The notes beneath the pieces were generated by a model. That model did no database searches. It was not told the origin of the DNA and saw only the letters and a program-made list of their open reading frames with translations. From contig NC_068986.1 in assembly GCF_001194135.2 (NCBI RefSeq), positions 95,678,012-95,742,011 of the forward strand: DNA of 64,000 bases, in the 5' to 3' direction. This DNA comes from Octopus bimaculoides. Taxonomy: Eukaryota. Positions 26,701 through 40,356 of the stretch are shown piece by piece. Every line of letters begins with the position of its first letter. The stretch's first letter is position 1. Position numbers and translations under genes: made by a program.

Positions 26701-29398
26701 GTGCAGTCCTCAGCAAAATCCATGCTGACATGGGTTGTATGGACTTGCAATACAGAATGACTGCATGTGTTTAAATCCTGTATCATTTCAATGATGAAAC
26801 CTCACTCCTAGCTGCTTTTACCACAATTACTTTCACTATTAATTCTCAAAATTTTTTCATGTAGCATTCACTTACATAACATGTCTAACCCTCATGGTAG
26901 TTTCCACTGACTTGCATCAGCTGAGAATTTTGCTATCACTTGTTAAGGTAAATCTTATGAGCCCCGCCAAAAAGAACTTATACACGGTTGCTTGATCTAC
27001 TAGAAATAGCAATCAAATCTTCCTTAAATCAAATACTAGTAAAATCTTTAAAAAAAAGTAAGTTGACATATGTATTCATAATAATGTAGTTCTGTTTACA
27101 TTGTATTTTAAACAGAAACAGGATGATCACATTTGGAACACCTATGGTGTTAGGTTGGTTCAATAAGAACTGACCTGAGGATAAAGTCATCATTGTCTTC
27201 CATGCTGGCATTGGTTGAACAGAGCTGGTAAGGCTGGGAGGTGCACCAGGCTCCATTGTCTATTCTGGCATGGTTTCTATGGCTGGATGCGCTTCCAGAT
27301 GCCAACCACTCGGTGTACTGGGTGCTTTTAACATGGCACCAGCATGATTTAAATTGAATTAAATTTTAAAAAATTGAAAACCATTTCCAGTTTATTTTAA
27401 TTAAATATTCCATATAAAACAAACAAATAATATACAAAACTTTATAGCTGCCACTTTGCTTTCCCTCAGAGAGAAAAGTATTTTGAAATTTACCCCTTGT
27501 TTCATGTAATGAAGTTTGTTCATGAGTGAGTGGGTGTAATGAAGTTTGTTCATGAGGACAGTCGCTTACTGCAATTATGAGAAAAACAGAAAAAGTTGGT
27601 AGATGGCTAACATCATTTTCCATTAATGCCGGTTTTCCATGCTGGTATGAGTTGGACTGACATAATTATGGTTTTTTTTATGTTCAAATCCTTCACCAAA
27701 GACAGTTGGTAGGCATAATAAGATGAAGCTTGTATTTTCTGTTCTGTGAAAATCCAGTTCTATCTTCATGGTCTGAAGTTCTTATTACTTTTCAAGAATT
27801 GAAATTTCTACAATGAGAAAATAAATACATAAAAGTAATATGAAATAAAATGTAAAACACATCAACAACTACAAAAACAAAAAGTAATATAAAAATAGTA
27901 TAATTTGGTCTGTAAACAGTTATGTGTCTGATTATCTTCAGTCATGTACAACACAACACCCTCACCTCCTTAAAGTTACTATCAATACTAGATAATTTCT
28001 GATGATCTCTCATCTATAACATTGTAAAACTATATCATTATGGTTAGAAATTGGACTGTGGAGTTGGACTTAAAAGCAATTAATGGGTTACTGAAGTCAA
28101 GGTTGATAAAAATGTACTGACTCCAAGTTCAGCTAAATATAAATAATATAATGTATTAAAATTTCCAATTTATATAGTATAGGCACAAATGTAGCTGTGT
28201 GGTTAAGAAGCTTGCTTTACAGTCACATGGTTTTGGGTTCAGTTTCACTGTGTGACATCTTGGGCAAGTATCTTTTACTATAGCCCCAAGTTGACGAACG
28301 AGTGAGTGAATTTGGTAGACAAGAACTGTGTGGTTTGTATGTGATTTATGCGTGTGAGTGCACATGTGTATCTTTGTGTTCATCTTCCTACCATTGACTG
28401 GCAATTAGTGTTGGTTTGTTTATGTCCTCATAACTTAGAAGATTTTAGTCAATTTAGGATTTCTTTCATTTAACCTTTATTCAATAGACATAATATTTCT
28501 TCAATAAATTCTAGAGGAATAAACTGTTCAATATTTTACAATTTTTATTTCATTTAATGTACAATTTCATGTTAACAGTTACTCAAATTTTATGTTGAAA
28601 CTATGCGTTAATCTTGAAATCAAAGACTTATATATCTAATTGACTTCATTTTTTCTAAATGGTAATTTGTTAAGTAGTTTTAACTTTGACTTTCTTTTAT
28701 AGTATTCTTACATCTTATTTCTTTTATATCCTCTTACCCTTTGATAAACATGGCCACTTTTTTTAATTTCTAAGGTTTATTTAAAGCCTAATTGCTTGCA
28801 AGTTTTTTTACAAATACAATAAAAAACAACCAAAGTAGCATAACTATAGGCCTTTAAACCCAAACTTAAACAAGTTAGGATTCCAAAACGTGTCCTGATG
28901 ATTCATGTTGACCTTGTTTATCATATGCTCTCAATCAGTATAAGAAATTTATGATTAATTTAATTACAAGTAGGGAAGTTGAATTCATTGGCATCATAAA
29001 TTGATGAGTCTTATGGAGCGACTCCATAACCCTGCTGAGAAAATACTTCAGTTGCTGATCTAGATTTACATGACAAAACAGGTAAATGTTTTGTTGATGT
29101 CAAATGCAACATCACTGTAACTAATATGAGAATATCCTTGACACACACCTGAAGAAGTGTCCTCATTTCTTGGTTGTCCAATTACTTCAGTCTGTTTAGT
29201 CCCATTCAAAAGATTTATGATCAAAAGATGTTCCAACTACAATATCATTCTATTTTATTTTCAGACACAACGTATCTAAGACTATTCTCCAATATAATAA
29301 TAACAACAACACAGCTCTTTAGCAGCCCATGTGCAGTAGCAGTTTTTGTGGCTAGCAAAGATATAAGCCTTAAACATAGTAACAATAAAGTTTGAACT

Positions 29399-29765
29399 GC
29401 AGGAGTGGCTGTGTGGTAAGTAGCTTGCTTACCAACCACATGGTTCTGGGTTCATTCCCACTGCGTGGCACCTTGGGCAAGTGTCTTCTACTATAGTCTC
29501 GGGCTGACCAAAGCCTTGCGAGTGGATTTGGTAGACGGAAAACTGAAAGAAACCCGTCGTATATATGTATATATATATGTTTGTGTATCTGTGTTTGTCC
29601 CCCCAACATCGCTTGACAACCGATGCTGGTGTGTTTACGTCCCCGTAACTTAGCGGTTCGGCAAAAGAGACCGATAGAATAAGTCCTGGGGTCGATTTGC
29701 TCGACTAAAGGCGGTGCTCCAGCATGGCCACAGTCAAATGACTGAAACAAGTAAAAGAGTAAAAG
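29399..29765 (+). mobile_element. tRNA-like-headed SINE, family B (GCAGGAGTGGCTGTGTGGTAAG...; tail GAAACAAGTAAAAGAG)
   Basis: Best-preserved copy. Degenerate copies at about 6660-7010, 25480-25790, 28185-28440, 34540-34710 (-), 35440-35580 (-), 44620-44790 (-) and 52957-53270 (-). Confidence 0.75.
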
Positions 29766-30562
29766 CACTTTGATGCTCCCTCTTTAACATTCATGTTAAT
29801 CTTAACCTTTAACCTTAATCTTCAACATTCATTATACTCTCACTTATACAAGCAAACAAAGGAATTTCCTTGGGGTTGTTTGATTTCTTTGTAGTTTGTA
29901 CCGAGTGAGAAGGAATGGCAGCACTCAATGAACTTTACAGGATTTCATAGACCAATAAGGACCAGGCAAAGGAAAAACAACTCACACAACTTGAAGGCTA
30001 CTGAAGTAGGAAGTAGCACTTCAATATTAGGCGCAAAGATCTGGTTCTAATTCTGTGAACCTAAGGGCCAGATGACGAGGCTGATGTTAAATCAGGTGAC
30101 ATTAAATTTATCATCTAAGAAATATGTACAGACCATCAAAGAAGATTCCATTTATAAACTGTGTCATCTTGGGACTATAGTGGAAGACACTTGTCCAAGT
30201 TGTTGCAGAGTGGCATCAAACCTAGAACCAAGTAATTGCAAAGTGAATTCTTAACCACATAGCCATATTTGTGCCAGAAATAGCAGCTACAATTCTTTCA
30301 ATCCATACCCTCCCTTCTTAAATAAAGTAGGAGACATCAAGCAATGTGGTCCCTTGTATAAAAAAAAGAGAGGACAGTCACACCTAGGACACCCCTGATC
30401 ATATATATGCTTGATCAGAGAATTGATCTGGGACCAAGCAAAAACAACAAAAACTCAGACATTGTTGTAAATTCTAAAAGAAGCAATAAAAAAATATAGT
30501 GAAAATAAATAAATAAATAATTGTAAATTTACCAATTTAAGAACTGGTTTCTCTACCAAAAT

Positions 30563-30598
30563 TCAATCTTCTGGTTCTTCATCTTCATCTGGAACACA
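30563..30598 (-). CDS. RAD1: RAD1 exon 8 (last coding exon, CVPDEDEEPED*)
   Basis: AG acceptor at 30599-30600, phase 0, TGA at 30563-30565. Matches the CxPDE acidic end of RAD1 proteins. Confidence 0.88.
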   Translation of the reverse strand, partial: CVPDEDEEPED

Positions 30599-30789
30599 CT
30601 GCATTCCATGATGAGACAAAAAAATATCAAATAAATAAATAAAAATTGTCAGTTTGACAATTAGAATTGGTAACTCTTCCATTTTAACATCCACCACTTT
30701 AAATTTTAGCCTCTCCCCTACCATTCTCTCTCAATAACAAACATAACTCAAATAAGAACCGTCCAACCTAACCCATGCTGGCATGGCAG

Positions 30790-31180
30790 ATGGCCCTCCA
30801 AGGGGCACCAGAGGAAACCCCACAAAACCAGTCATCCAGACCACTAAGGCAAGTGCCTGCTTCCTGTTCTCATCTTCTACAGGTGTATGTTCAGAGTAGG
30901 CCTATTCATTCAGACCATACTTGCCACTCATCCACCTTTCAACAAATTTGCTAGGAGACAATGCTTCCTTCTCCATCCTCATTTTGCTTTTCAAGTAAAA
31001 CTTGAAAAGGGTTATGAAGGTTTGGCCAAAGAGAAATCTGACTGTTTTCAGCCCTTTCAATCTTGTCCATCATACAATCTGTTTCGCCAAAGCCACCAAA
31101 GAGATAAAGGCTGCAGTCTCTTCTTAGCCAAAGGAAGGTGGTGGGACAATCTTTATGATGCACTCTCGTTCCTTTCTTCA
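30790..31180 (-). mobile_element. 3' fragment of the same Tx1-like family as 14470-16980, in the last RAD1 intron
   Basis: The reverse complement aligns by eye to about 16520-16840 (e.g. TTTCTCTTTGGCCAA and TTTTGTGGGGTTTCC shared). Confidence 0.65.
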
Positions 31181-31599
31181 AGAGAGAGAGAGAAAATACA
31201 AAATTGATACTATTGTCATCACTAAGGATACTAATAAGAGGTTTAATTAAAATGAATTGACAAAGCATACAGAAATCCAGTTAGCATTTATTATACACCA
31301 CATCTGCTTCTTCATGTAACTTATTAATTATGACACCATCATTGTCTTTTACTGTGGATTATTTTGTTTTGTTTTACTCCAAGAAACAGTATGCACTTAT
31401 AGCTTTCTTCTATTAGTCGTCACCACATCCACTGATGAACCATTTGTGTGTACATAAAATAAACTGAAAATGTGGAAGCTGTTTAAAAGACTAAGAACAA
31501 AGTCATCAATCTTTGCGTTATTTAAAATTACTCTGTATGGATTTCCAGTGGCTGGAGAGAGGCAAGTTAGGCATGGTTTGTTCGATGTGCCATGTTAAC

Positions 31600-31890
31600 T
31601 TAAAAGATGTCTTTGAGGACAAGAGAGATGTGACAGTGGCTAGGTATCAAAGATATATCTAAAAGCAACGTCTAAAAGACTTGAAAGATACAGTTATGTG
31701 GTATGGACATGTAAACATGAATACATGAGGTTATAATGAGTTAATGCTGGAAGGTAACTGTGACAGAGGTAGATCAAGAAAGACATGATGGCTTTACACC
31801 AGAGAGCATTGGGCCTCAAAGATGAGATGATGCAGAATTATAAACCCATTTAACATATGGTAACATGAAAAATGTAGATGTTAACAATGG
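31600..31890 (+). mobile_element. Degenerate RTE LINE 3' fragment
   Basis: WYGHV and RGRSRKT-like remnants resembling the 9330-9960 copy. Confidence 0.45.
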
Positions 31891-32499
31891 TAAATATGCT
31901 GCCATTCTTTAATCCCAAGTTAGCTGTGATTGAGCAGAATTATGACTAAGGACATTTCAGCCATCATCATCCTACTTCTTTTTCAGATATAGCATATCTA
32001 GGACTACATTATCCAATGTGTACACTTTTTTTCAGGATAATATAATGCAATTTGAAAGAGATTTGATTGCTTTTTCAAACAGGTCAAATGCTCATATAGG
32101 AGCTCCTCATATGTGCATGATTGTACATATACAAGAATAATATACATTTGAACAAACAGGTAAAAATATCAGATGAGTGTTGAACTTGTAATCTGAGCCA
32201 TAACACAGTCTTTTTCTTCTCAACAACAGCAATGATAACCCTTTTTACTTTCTACTATAGGCACAAAGTGTAAAATTTGGGGAGAGTCGGGTAGTTGATT
32301 ACATCGATCTCAGTGCCCAACTGATACTTATTTTATCAACCTCAAAAGAATGAAAGGTAAAGTCGGCCTAGGCAGAATTTGAACAGAGTATAAAACCAGG
32401 ATATATTCCATGAAGAATTTTGTCTGGCATGCTAACAACTCTGCCAGCTTGCAGCCTTAACAACAGCAACATTAAGAAATCAATGAAGGGAAAACTTAC

Positions 32500-32644
32500 A
32501 TAAAACTCCACAAAACAGACTTGTCCATCTTCATTTTTTATCATAAACTGGAGAGAAAGGAAGCCACGTCTGTCAACCCTGATGGAAACACGTGAAGAGA
32601 TGGCCAGTGCTTTCACTGATGGCTTTAAAAGTAAGATTTTATAC
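32500..32644 (-). CDS. RAD1: RAD1 exon 7 (R|YKILLLKPSVKALAISSRVSIRVDRRGFLSLQFMIKNEDGQVCFVEFY)
   Basis: 145 nt with AG/GT boundaries; closely matches the RAD1 C-terminal region (RGFLSLQYMI..EDGQICFVEYY in human). Confidence 0.95.
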
Positions 32645-33004
32645 CTGAAAAAGAAAATTTTTGAAAATTCAGAATTTACAATTCTGGAATATTCTTTAAC
32701 TAGTTTCAGACTTGGCAAACATACTGGGGCAGCAACTTTAAATGGTTTTAGAGGCAATTATATCCCTAGCTCCTGTTACAGTATTTTGTCTGGTACTCAT
32801 TTCATCAATTTCTCTTTATCAAATGGCAAAGTTTTCCTTGGCATAAAGAGAGATAATATGATATCAAAATATCATAAGGTACATTTCTTAAAAATCGGAG
32901 TAGAGGCCTTGGTCTCAAGACCACTCTACAAACTGAGGTTGGGGGTAAGCAAGGGCATGCTCCCTGTAGAAAATCCAGCTCCAAAAAATACATGCATACA
33001 TATA

Positions 33005-34334
33005 CAGGATGATTCGTAAGTAACTCCCTATTCTAAAATAATTATAATTTATTCAAATGCTGTAATATGTTTTTCAATTTTTGTGTGTATGTTACTTAAT
33101 GTGTGGCAATTAAACCTATGCTTTTGTTTTCTTTTCAGATCTGTTATATGAATTTGGTTTTTAATCTTGTTAATTTGTTTGAAATTTCAAAGCCCTACAA
33201 AAATGGCTGGACGTCTTACTGTACAGGAACGCGCCCAGATAGCTGCACGTTACGAAGTTTGGAGATCCATTGTTCAAGTGCAAAGATGGTAGAGAACCAT
33301 TAAGGGAAGACATGCTCAAATTGACCCAAAGACAATCAAGAATTGTCATGCAAAACTCATGACTACAGGATCTGTGACTGATACTCAAAGAAGCGGTCGC
33401 TCTTCCAAATTCAGAGACCCTGAGGTAGTGCAAGTTGTTCAAAAAATGTTTACCCATAGCCCACAAAAGTCAATTCGACAAGCAGCAAAAGAAAGTGGGT
33501 TCTCGTTTCGCTGTGTACGTAATGTGCTTAAAAATGAGCTTAAATGGCGTGCTTGGAAGCCACACTACTGCCAAGCACTCTCTGCCGAAGACTGCGACAT
33601 TCGTATGGAGTTTGGAGAGATGATGTTGGCTTGGTTTAGAGATTGGCCCGATCTCTTAAAAAATATTCTCTGGAGTGATGAAGCTGTATTCCACATAGGT
33701 GGGTTTGTAAACCGTCATAACTGCCACTACTGGGCGGGAGAACATCCTTGTGTTACCAGTGAAAAAATGCAGAATTGACCCAAGATAACGGTATGGTGTG
33801 GAATGACTTCGACCATGAACGCTGAAAGGTACCTCACTATGTTGAGAGATGAAATTTGGCCAATTATCAGTGCTTGGGACAATATTGAAGATTTAATTTT
33901 CATGCAAGATGGTGCTCCTCCACACTTTGCTATTGTTGTTCGTGAATGGCTGAATGCCCAATTTCCTGGAAAATGGATGGGTCGTCGTGGTTCACACGAA
34001 TGGCCAGCCAGAAGTCCTGACTTAACACCCTGCGACATTTTCCTTTGGGGTTGGTTGAAAGAACAAGTCTACTCAACCAAACCAAGAAATCTGGAAGAAC
34101 TTGAAGGGAGACTACGTGAAGTTATTAGTTCCATCCCACAAAAGTTTCTTGTGAAATCAGTTGATGCGGTTCATGGTCGACTTGAAAAGCTGGTGGCGAA
34201 TGATGGTGCCCATATTGAATTTTAAATAAAAGTCCATGTAATATACTTTCTTCTCATATTCATTAATTGGAGAAATTATACTTCAAAAATATATTAGTCA
34301 TTTTAGAATAGGGAGTTACTTTCGGATCACCCTG
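33005..34334 (+). mobile_element. DD41D (rosa/Visitor-type) Tc1/mariner transposon, full length, two nonsense codons
   Basis: 35-bp TIRs CAGG(A/G)TGAT(T/C)CG(T/A)AAGTAACTCCCTATTCTAAAAT (3 mismatches) with TA on both flanks. Single frame 33203-34225 with TAG at 33290 and TGA at 33776. Triad WSDE / QDGAPPH / SPDLTPCD with 41 residues between the second and third D. Confidence 0.92.
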
Positions 34335-35016
34335 TATATCACTATTGCATTAATGTCAACTTTGCCATGCTTGCACGGTTCAGATAGAAATAAAATAATT
34401 GAAGAAGACTTGTTTCCAAGCAAGATATTTCCCTATGGCCAGACATGCTTCTAGGGAAGATGGGAAACAAAGGACACTGCATATATGACGGTGATACTTG
34501 TTTACAACTATAGCATGATGTGAAGATTAAGAGAACCCCCAATACACACACACACACAGAGGCCTCCTTCAGTTTCTGCCAGTCAAATCCACTCACAAAG
34601 CTTTGGATGACCCAGGCCTATAGTAGAAGCCATTTACCCAAGATACCAAAACAGTAGAATGGAACCAAAGACCATGTGGTTGGAATGTGAACTTCTTAAC
34701 CACACCGCCATACCTGCACAATAAACACATACATATATATACAATCATACATACACACACACATACCGGCACCACGTAAAAAGCATCTGTGCTGGTACCA
34801 CATAAAAAGTACATCCTGTAAAATAGTTGGTGTCAGGAAGAGCATCCAGCAACCATAGAAATCATGCCAAAACACAACTGGAGCCTGGTGCAGCCCATTC
34901 TCTCTAAACAACATCCACATATATATATATATATATACATACATACATACATACAGACAGACAGACATACACACACACTGCTTTACAGTCAAAGAGTAAC
35001 TAACCTACATAATTAC

Positions 35017-35081
35017 CTATTAGTCTGGGTAGCTTGGCACTGGAAAGATTCAATCATATCAGAATCTCGTGGAAAATCAGA
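35017..35081 (-). CDS. RAD1: RAD1 exon 6 (SDFPRDSDMIESFQCQATQTN+AG)
   Basis: 65 nt, AG/GT; the phase-2 end joins the G of exon 7 to give Arg. Confidence 0.92.
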
Positions 35082-35796
35082 CTGGAAGACAAAGAAAATT
35101 TGATATATGCTAGATTGAAAGAATCAGTAGAGGGTGCAACAAAATATTTTGTGGTATTAGGCCTGTCTGTGTGTGTGTGTAAGTCAACATCATCATCATT
35201 GCTTTAATATCTACTTCTCTATGCTTGCAATAGTCAGATAGTATTCATTGAAGCTGATTAACCTATGGTCTGATACCCTTCCTGTCACCCTCACCAATTT
35301 CCAAGTAAGGAAACAGTTCCCCATGAACAGACATATTTTAAAGAAAGTCTAGAATCAAGGGATACACCTGGTATGACAGTGATGTCCATAACTATTCTGC
35401 AATGTCATGACAAGAAGACACAAACAAACACATAAATACAACAGGTTTCTTTCAGTTTCATTTTACCAAAAAGCTTTGTTTGGCCCAGGGCTATAATACT
35501 AAGACACTTGCCCAAAATGCTACACAGTGAGATTGAACCTGAAACCAAGTAGTTGGCGAGTAAACATCATACCCACACAACACTATATATATATACATAT
35601 GTGGTATTTGTTTTGTGTTTTTAAGAAAAAATGCAGATGGCTCAATACACACTGTGTTTGAATTTGTGTAGAATTTATTATAATTGTACGTTGTAAACCT
35701 GAATATTTCTTCATACTTTGTCGACTGAATGAAGCCTTCAGATAGGAAATATCTAGTTAACCAACACACAACTAATATATATATATCTTCTTTCTT

Positions 35797-36285
35797 CTTC
35801 ATCGTTTAACGTCCGTTTCCATGCTAGCATGGGTTGGACAATTTGACTGAAGACTGGTGAAACCGGATGGCTACACCAGGCTCCAATCTGATTTGGCTGA
35901 GTTTCTACAGCTGGATGCCATTCCTAACGCCAACCACTCCAAGAGTGTAGTGGGTGCTTTTACATGCCACTGGCACGAAGGCCAATGAAGCGGTACTGGC
36001 AACGGCCACGCTCAAAATGGTGTATTTTATGTGCCATCTGCACAGGAGCCAGTCCAGTGAAACTGGCAACGATCTTGCTCGAATGACTTTTCACATGCCC
36101 CCGGCATAAGTGCCAGGAACGCAAAGCTGCGGCACAAGTGTCAGGAAGGCGACGCTGGTAATGATCACGCTCGAACAGTGGTGCCATCACGATTTTGCTT
36201 TCGCTTGCCCCAACAGGTCTTCGCAAGCAGAGTTTAGTGTCCAATGGAGGAGACGTTGGTATGGGGGCCAGTTGTCGAATTTAGT
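35797..36285 (-). mobile_element. (GAT)n-tailed interspersed repeat, family C (RTE-type tail)
   Basis: The CATCGTTTAACGTCCGTTTCCATGCTAGCATGGGTTGGAC module recurs at about 10660-10862, 13040-13240, 27190-27350, 37800-37985 and 62590-62760. Confidence 0.65.
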
Positions 36286-36389
36286 TATATATATGTACAC
36301 ACACACACAAATGTATAGACACATGCATGCATATGCACACGTGTTCCTTTTTTAGGTATGCTGTACCTTTTGCATTGTATCTTACATGC

Positions 36390-36427
<38 letters not shown>

Positions 36428-37078
36428 GTGATATATACACATATCATCATCATTTAATGTCCACGTTCCATGCTGGCAACAGCAAGTCCAACCCATATAT
36501 AAAAATATATGAGATGCACAAAACAGTAACTGAGAGTAAACAAACAAAAAAACAGTTCAAATATGTTTAAGAGATATCTGAAACTATGAGACTTTTTACT
36601 GTAGTTTCTCACGAAGAAAAAATTCTTGCTCAAGACAAAAATATGTCAAAAAAAGTCATTGTCAGCTCAAAGTACCCTTCATTGGCCTAATGGATGCATT
36701 CATTTCAAACTCTTAGTTTTCATCAACAATGACACGTGCTTTTCTCAGGCTATTCTTTTCCTTATCTCTAAACTTTTACCTTTTTCTGATGATGAGCTGT
36801 GCCGAAAATGTCACAACCCCTCTTTTTTTACCATCTTAAACTTTCTCTGAGTATGAATCTAATACATTCCTGTTTATAGTTTTGATTTACCAGAAGAGAG
36901 GCAACTCTGACCTGACAAGGAAGTGAAACTTCCTTTTGTGAAAAGACAAACATTAATAATTGATAACAGTGCATATTGACTGCCAGACAAATAGATTTGT
37001 AAATAAATACTAAGACATGAGCACACAACAAAACATACTTCTGTACGGAACCTTGCTAAACCAAAATCACAAACTTAC

Positions 37079-37201
37079 ATGTGTGCGTCCAGCATTTCCA
37101 AACGTAGACATCCTGAAGTATGGTGGATCAGGTGAGAGAAGAAACTCTAAAACACTACTGGTCATATCTAATTCACTGAATGCTTCACGAAGACATTCTG
37201 A
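37079..37201 (-). CDS. RAD1: RAD1 exon 5 (SECLREAFSELDMTSSVLEFLLSPDPPYFRMSTFGNAGRTH)
   Basis: 123 nt, AG/GT, phase 0; conserved LREAFSELDMTS and PYFRxSTFGNAG. Confidence 0.95.
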
Positions 37202-38583
37202 CTGTAATGAGAAAAGGAGACAGTATTTAAATATGATATGGACTCAAGCATTGAAATATGGTGTGGACCAAAGTCCTCTAGCCCCACAAGAGTGGCTGTG
37301 TGGTAGTGGACTTGAGTCAGAAATGCAAAGATTACTTCCACACCTGCTACAGTTATTGCATACAAGACACTCTACTTACCACTGCCTACTTAGCTGTAAA
37401 ATATGTACTATCGTTTCCTGCTACTGTCATTGTGCTGTGTCTTCATAAACAAGAAATTACATAATCAATCAACCTAGCTGAACAATAAACACTAACACTT
37501 CCTGCTACAAAATACAGTGTTTTGTTCTAAGGAAAGATATTGTATTTAACATGTTAACTGCTACGTGTACCACCTGTGGTTCATTGCAAACTTCACACAA
37601 CTGCCATGTACACTACTGGTGATACATTTTCATAATTTGAGTAAATATGTTATTCTATATTTTTGACATGGTTTCAAGGATATTTAAATAACATGAGTGC
37701 TAAATATTCAAGTTTAATACTGTAATATTGTAAAAATATTTAAAAAATTACATTTCTTTGTAATTAAAGAGTATGCGGTGTGACTATGCGAAATACATGG
37801 TATTGGCACGTAAAAAGCACCCACTACACTCTTGGAGTGGTTGGTGTTAGGAAGGGCATCTGGCTATAGAAACTCTGCCAGATCAGATTGGAGTCTGGTG
37901 TAGCCATCTGGTTCGCCAGTCCCCAGTCAAATCGTCCAACTCATGCTAGCATAGAAAGCAGATGTTAAATGATGATGATGATGAATAAAAGATTGTAGCG
38001 GTGAATGTGTCAAGAGTGTACCTTGATGTATAACAGGTACCATTACTTCCTGCTACAGCTATTGGGGAACATCTTCAAATAAGCATAGACACAAACATAT
38101 ATATTCATTTGTTTGTTTTATGTCCGTCTTTCTTCCATGCTAGCATGGGTTAGGTGAATACATTACTGAGGCATTGTTTTATGTCTGGATGCTCTTCCTG
38201 TCAGTAACCCATACCAACTTTAGTCAAGCACAAATATAAACAAATACACACATACACACAGCAAACATTTTTCAGTGTCTGATCATGAAATTCATTCACA
38301 AGGTTTTGTGCAATCTGGGGCTATAGTACAAGACACTTACACCACAGTAACACTGCAGTACACACACACACACACACACAGAGTTTCTGTCTAACAAATT
38401 CTATTCACAAGTTATTGACTGACCTGAGGCCATAGCAGAAGAGACTAATATCTATTGTTAGAATATATAACAATATATTGAATGGTTATCATAACTTGGC
38501 AAACTAAAAACGTCATCCCTATACACATTTATACTTTAGAGAATGGTAGAAATTTAAGGGATCCAGTGAGTCCCTGCTTTTAC

Positions 38584-38695
38584 CTTCATGATGATTTTGT
38601 TGACAACATTCTCAGTGCAGAAATCGAAGTCCAATACTTCTTCTGGTTCCATAGTTTTGATGCTGCAGTCTGTGAGGACACCATCTTCCTCCAGT
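38584..38695 (-). CDS. RAD1: RAD1 exon 4 (A+LEEDGVLTDCSIKTMEPEEVLDFDFCTENVVNKIIMK)
   Basis: 112 nt, AG/GT; completes the phase-2 codon from exon 3. Confidence 0.95.
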
Positions 38696-39829
38696 CTGGC
38701 CAGGCACATAGATGACAAAAAGAGCAAGAGAAATATTTATACTGAATTATAGGCTTTCCCCCTGTAACCCTCTCCAGTTGACCATCCCTAATTCCATGGG
38801 CTCATAGGTGCTGGTGCCACATAAAAAGTACCTGTGCTGGTGTTGCATAAAAGCAACCAGTACACTCTGTAAAGTGGTTGGTGTTAAGAAGGGCAACCAT
38901 GCCAAAACAGACAAAGAACCTGAACAGCCCCTCAGCATGGAAAACAGACATATGATGATGACGATATGATAAAATACAGAGTGCATGACTGGACGAGAGA
39001 GACAGAGAGTGTGCATTGTATAAGTGTGTGACAGATAAAGAAGAGATGATGTTAGAAGTTATGACAAGAATCTCTTTGATCATAAATTTCTGGACAAGCT
39101 ACGGCTAAACAGCAGTACCACCAACAATATTCACATGTTGAGAGTTTGTCTTGGCCCATTTGCCTGCAGACGGTTGATTTCTGTAGTTACTATCAGTGTT
39201 TTTTTTGGTGATTTAAATGAGTTTTGACCGTTATCTCCAGCAGGTAGACATAGCATGTCCTTTGATTAATTTTAATCCTTCAGCTATATAATGGCTTTTG
39301 GGATTGCAATTGACTATATTATTGATTCTGTTATTATCATTTTTAATTGCTACACTAGATAATAACAGCATCAATAATATCTTTGCAAATATTTTCTCCT
39401 GAATTATTTGCTCCATATTGAAATTATTCTCACACTGGCAGCTGCCATGATTCGGCGCAAAATAAATCAGATGCAGTGCAGACTTTGACGTGACAGGTTG
39501 AGGCTTTCCATCATGATAATGCATGTTGAGGAAGGTGATGCTATAATGCCTGTCCATGTGAGTCCAAATACTTGAATGTATGTTGAGAGTTTATCTTAGC
39601 CTATTTACCTGCAGACCGTTGATTTCTGTAGTTATTATCAGTGTTCTTTTTGGCAATTTAAATAAGAGTTTTGAGTGTTATTTCCAGCAGGTAGACATAA
39701 TTGGTATGTCCTTTGATTAATTTTAATTATACACACACACACACATATATATATATATACATAGACATATATATATACACATATATATATATACAGACGT
39801 ATATACATATACATACACATATATATTGC

Positions 39830-39868
<39 letters not shown>

Positions 39869-40356
39869 NNNNNNNNNNNNNNNNNNNNNNNNNNNNNNNN
39901 NNNNNNNNNNNNNNNNNNNNNNNNNNNNNNNNNNNNNNNNNNNNNNNNNNNNNNNNNNNNNNNNNNNNNNNNNNNNNNNNNNNNNNNNNNNNNNNNNNNN
40001 NNNNNNNNNNNNNNNNNNNNNNNNNNNNNNNNNNNNNNNNNNNNNNNNNNNNNNNNNNNNNNNNNNNNNNNNNNNNNNNNNNNNNNNNNNNNNNNNNNNN
40101 NNNNNNNNNNNNNNNNNNNNNNNNNNNNNNNNNNNNNNNNNNNNNNNNNNNNNNNNNNNNNNNNNNNNNNNNNNNNNNNNNNNNNNNNNNNNNNNNNNNN
40201 NNNNNNNNNNNNNNNNNNNNNNNNNNNNNNNNNNNNNNNNNNNNNNNNNNNNNNNNNNNNNNNNNNNNNNNNNNNNNNNNNNNNNNNNNNNNNNNNNNNN
40301 NNNNNNNNNNNNNNNNNNNNNNNNNNNNNNNNNNNNNNNNNNNNNNNNNNNNNNNT

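Noticed and set aside
29002-29058. Possible box C/D snoRNA (TGATGA...CTGA...CTGA) with an internal TTATGGAG-CGA-CTCCATAA hairpin
   Set aside because: No terminal stem adjacent to the boxes, no recognisable guide target and no host intron identified; these motifs are common by chance.
32582-33019. 145-aa + strand ORF
   Set aside because: Antisense to RAD1 exon 7, running through a repeat into the transposon TIR; no recognisable protein.
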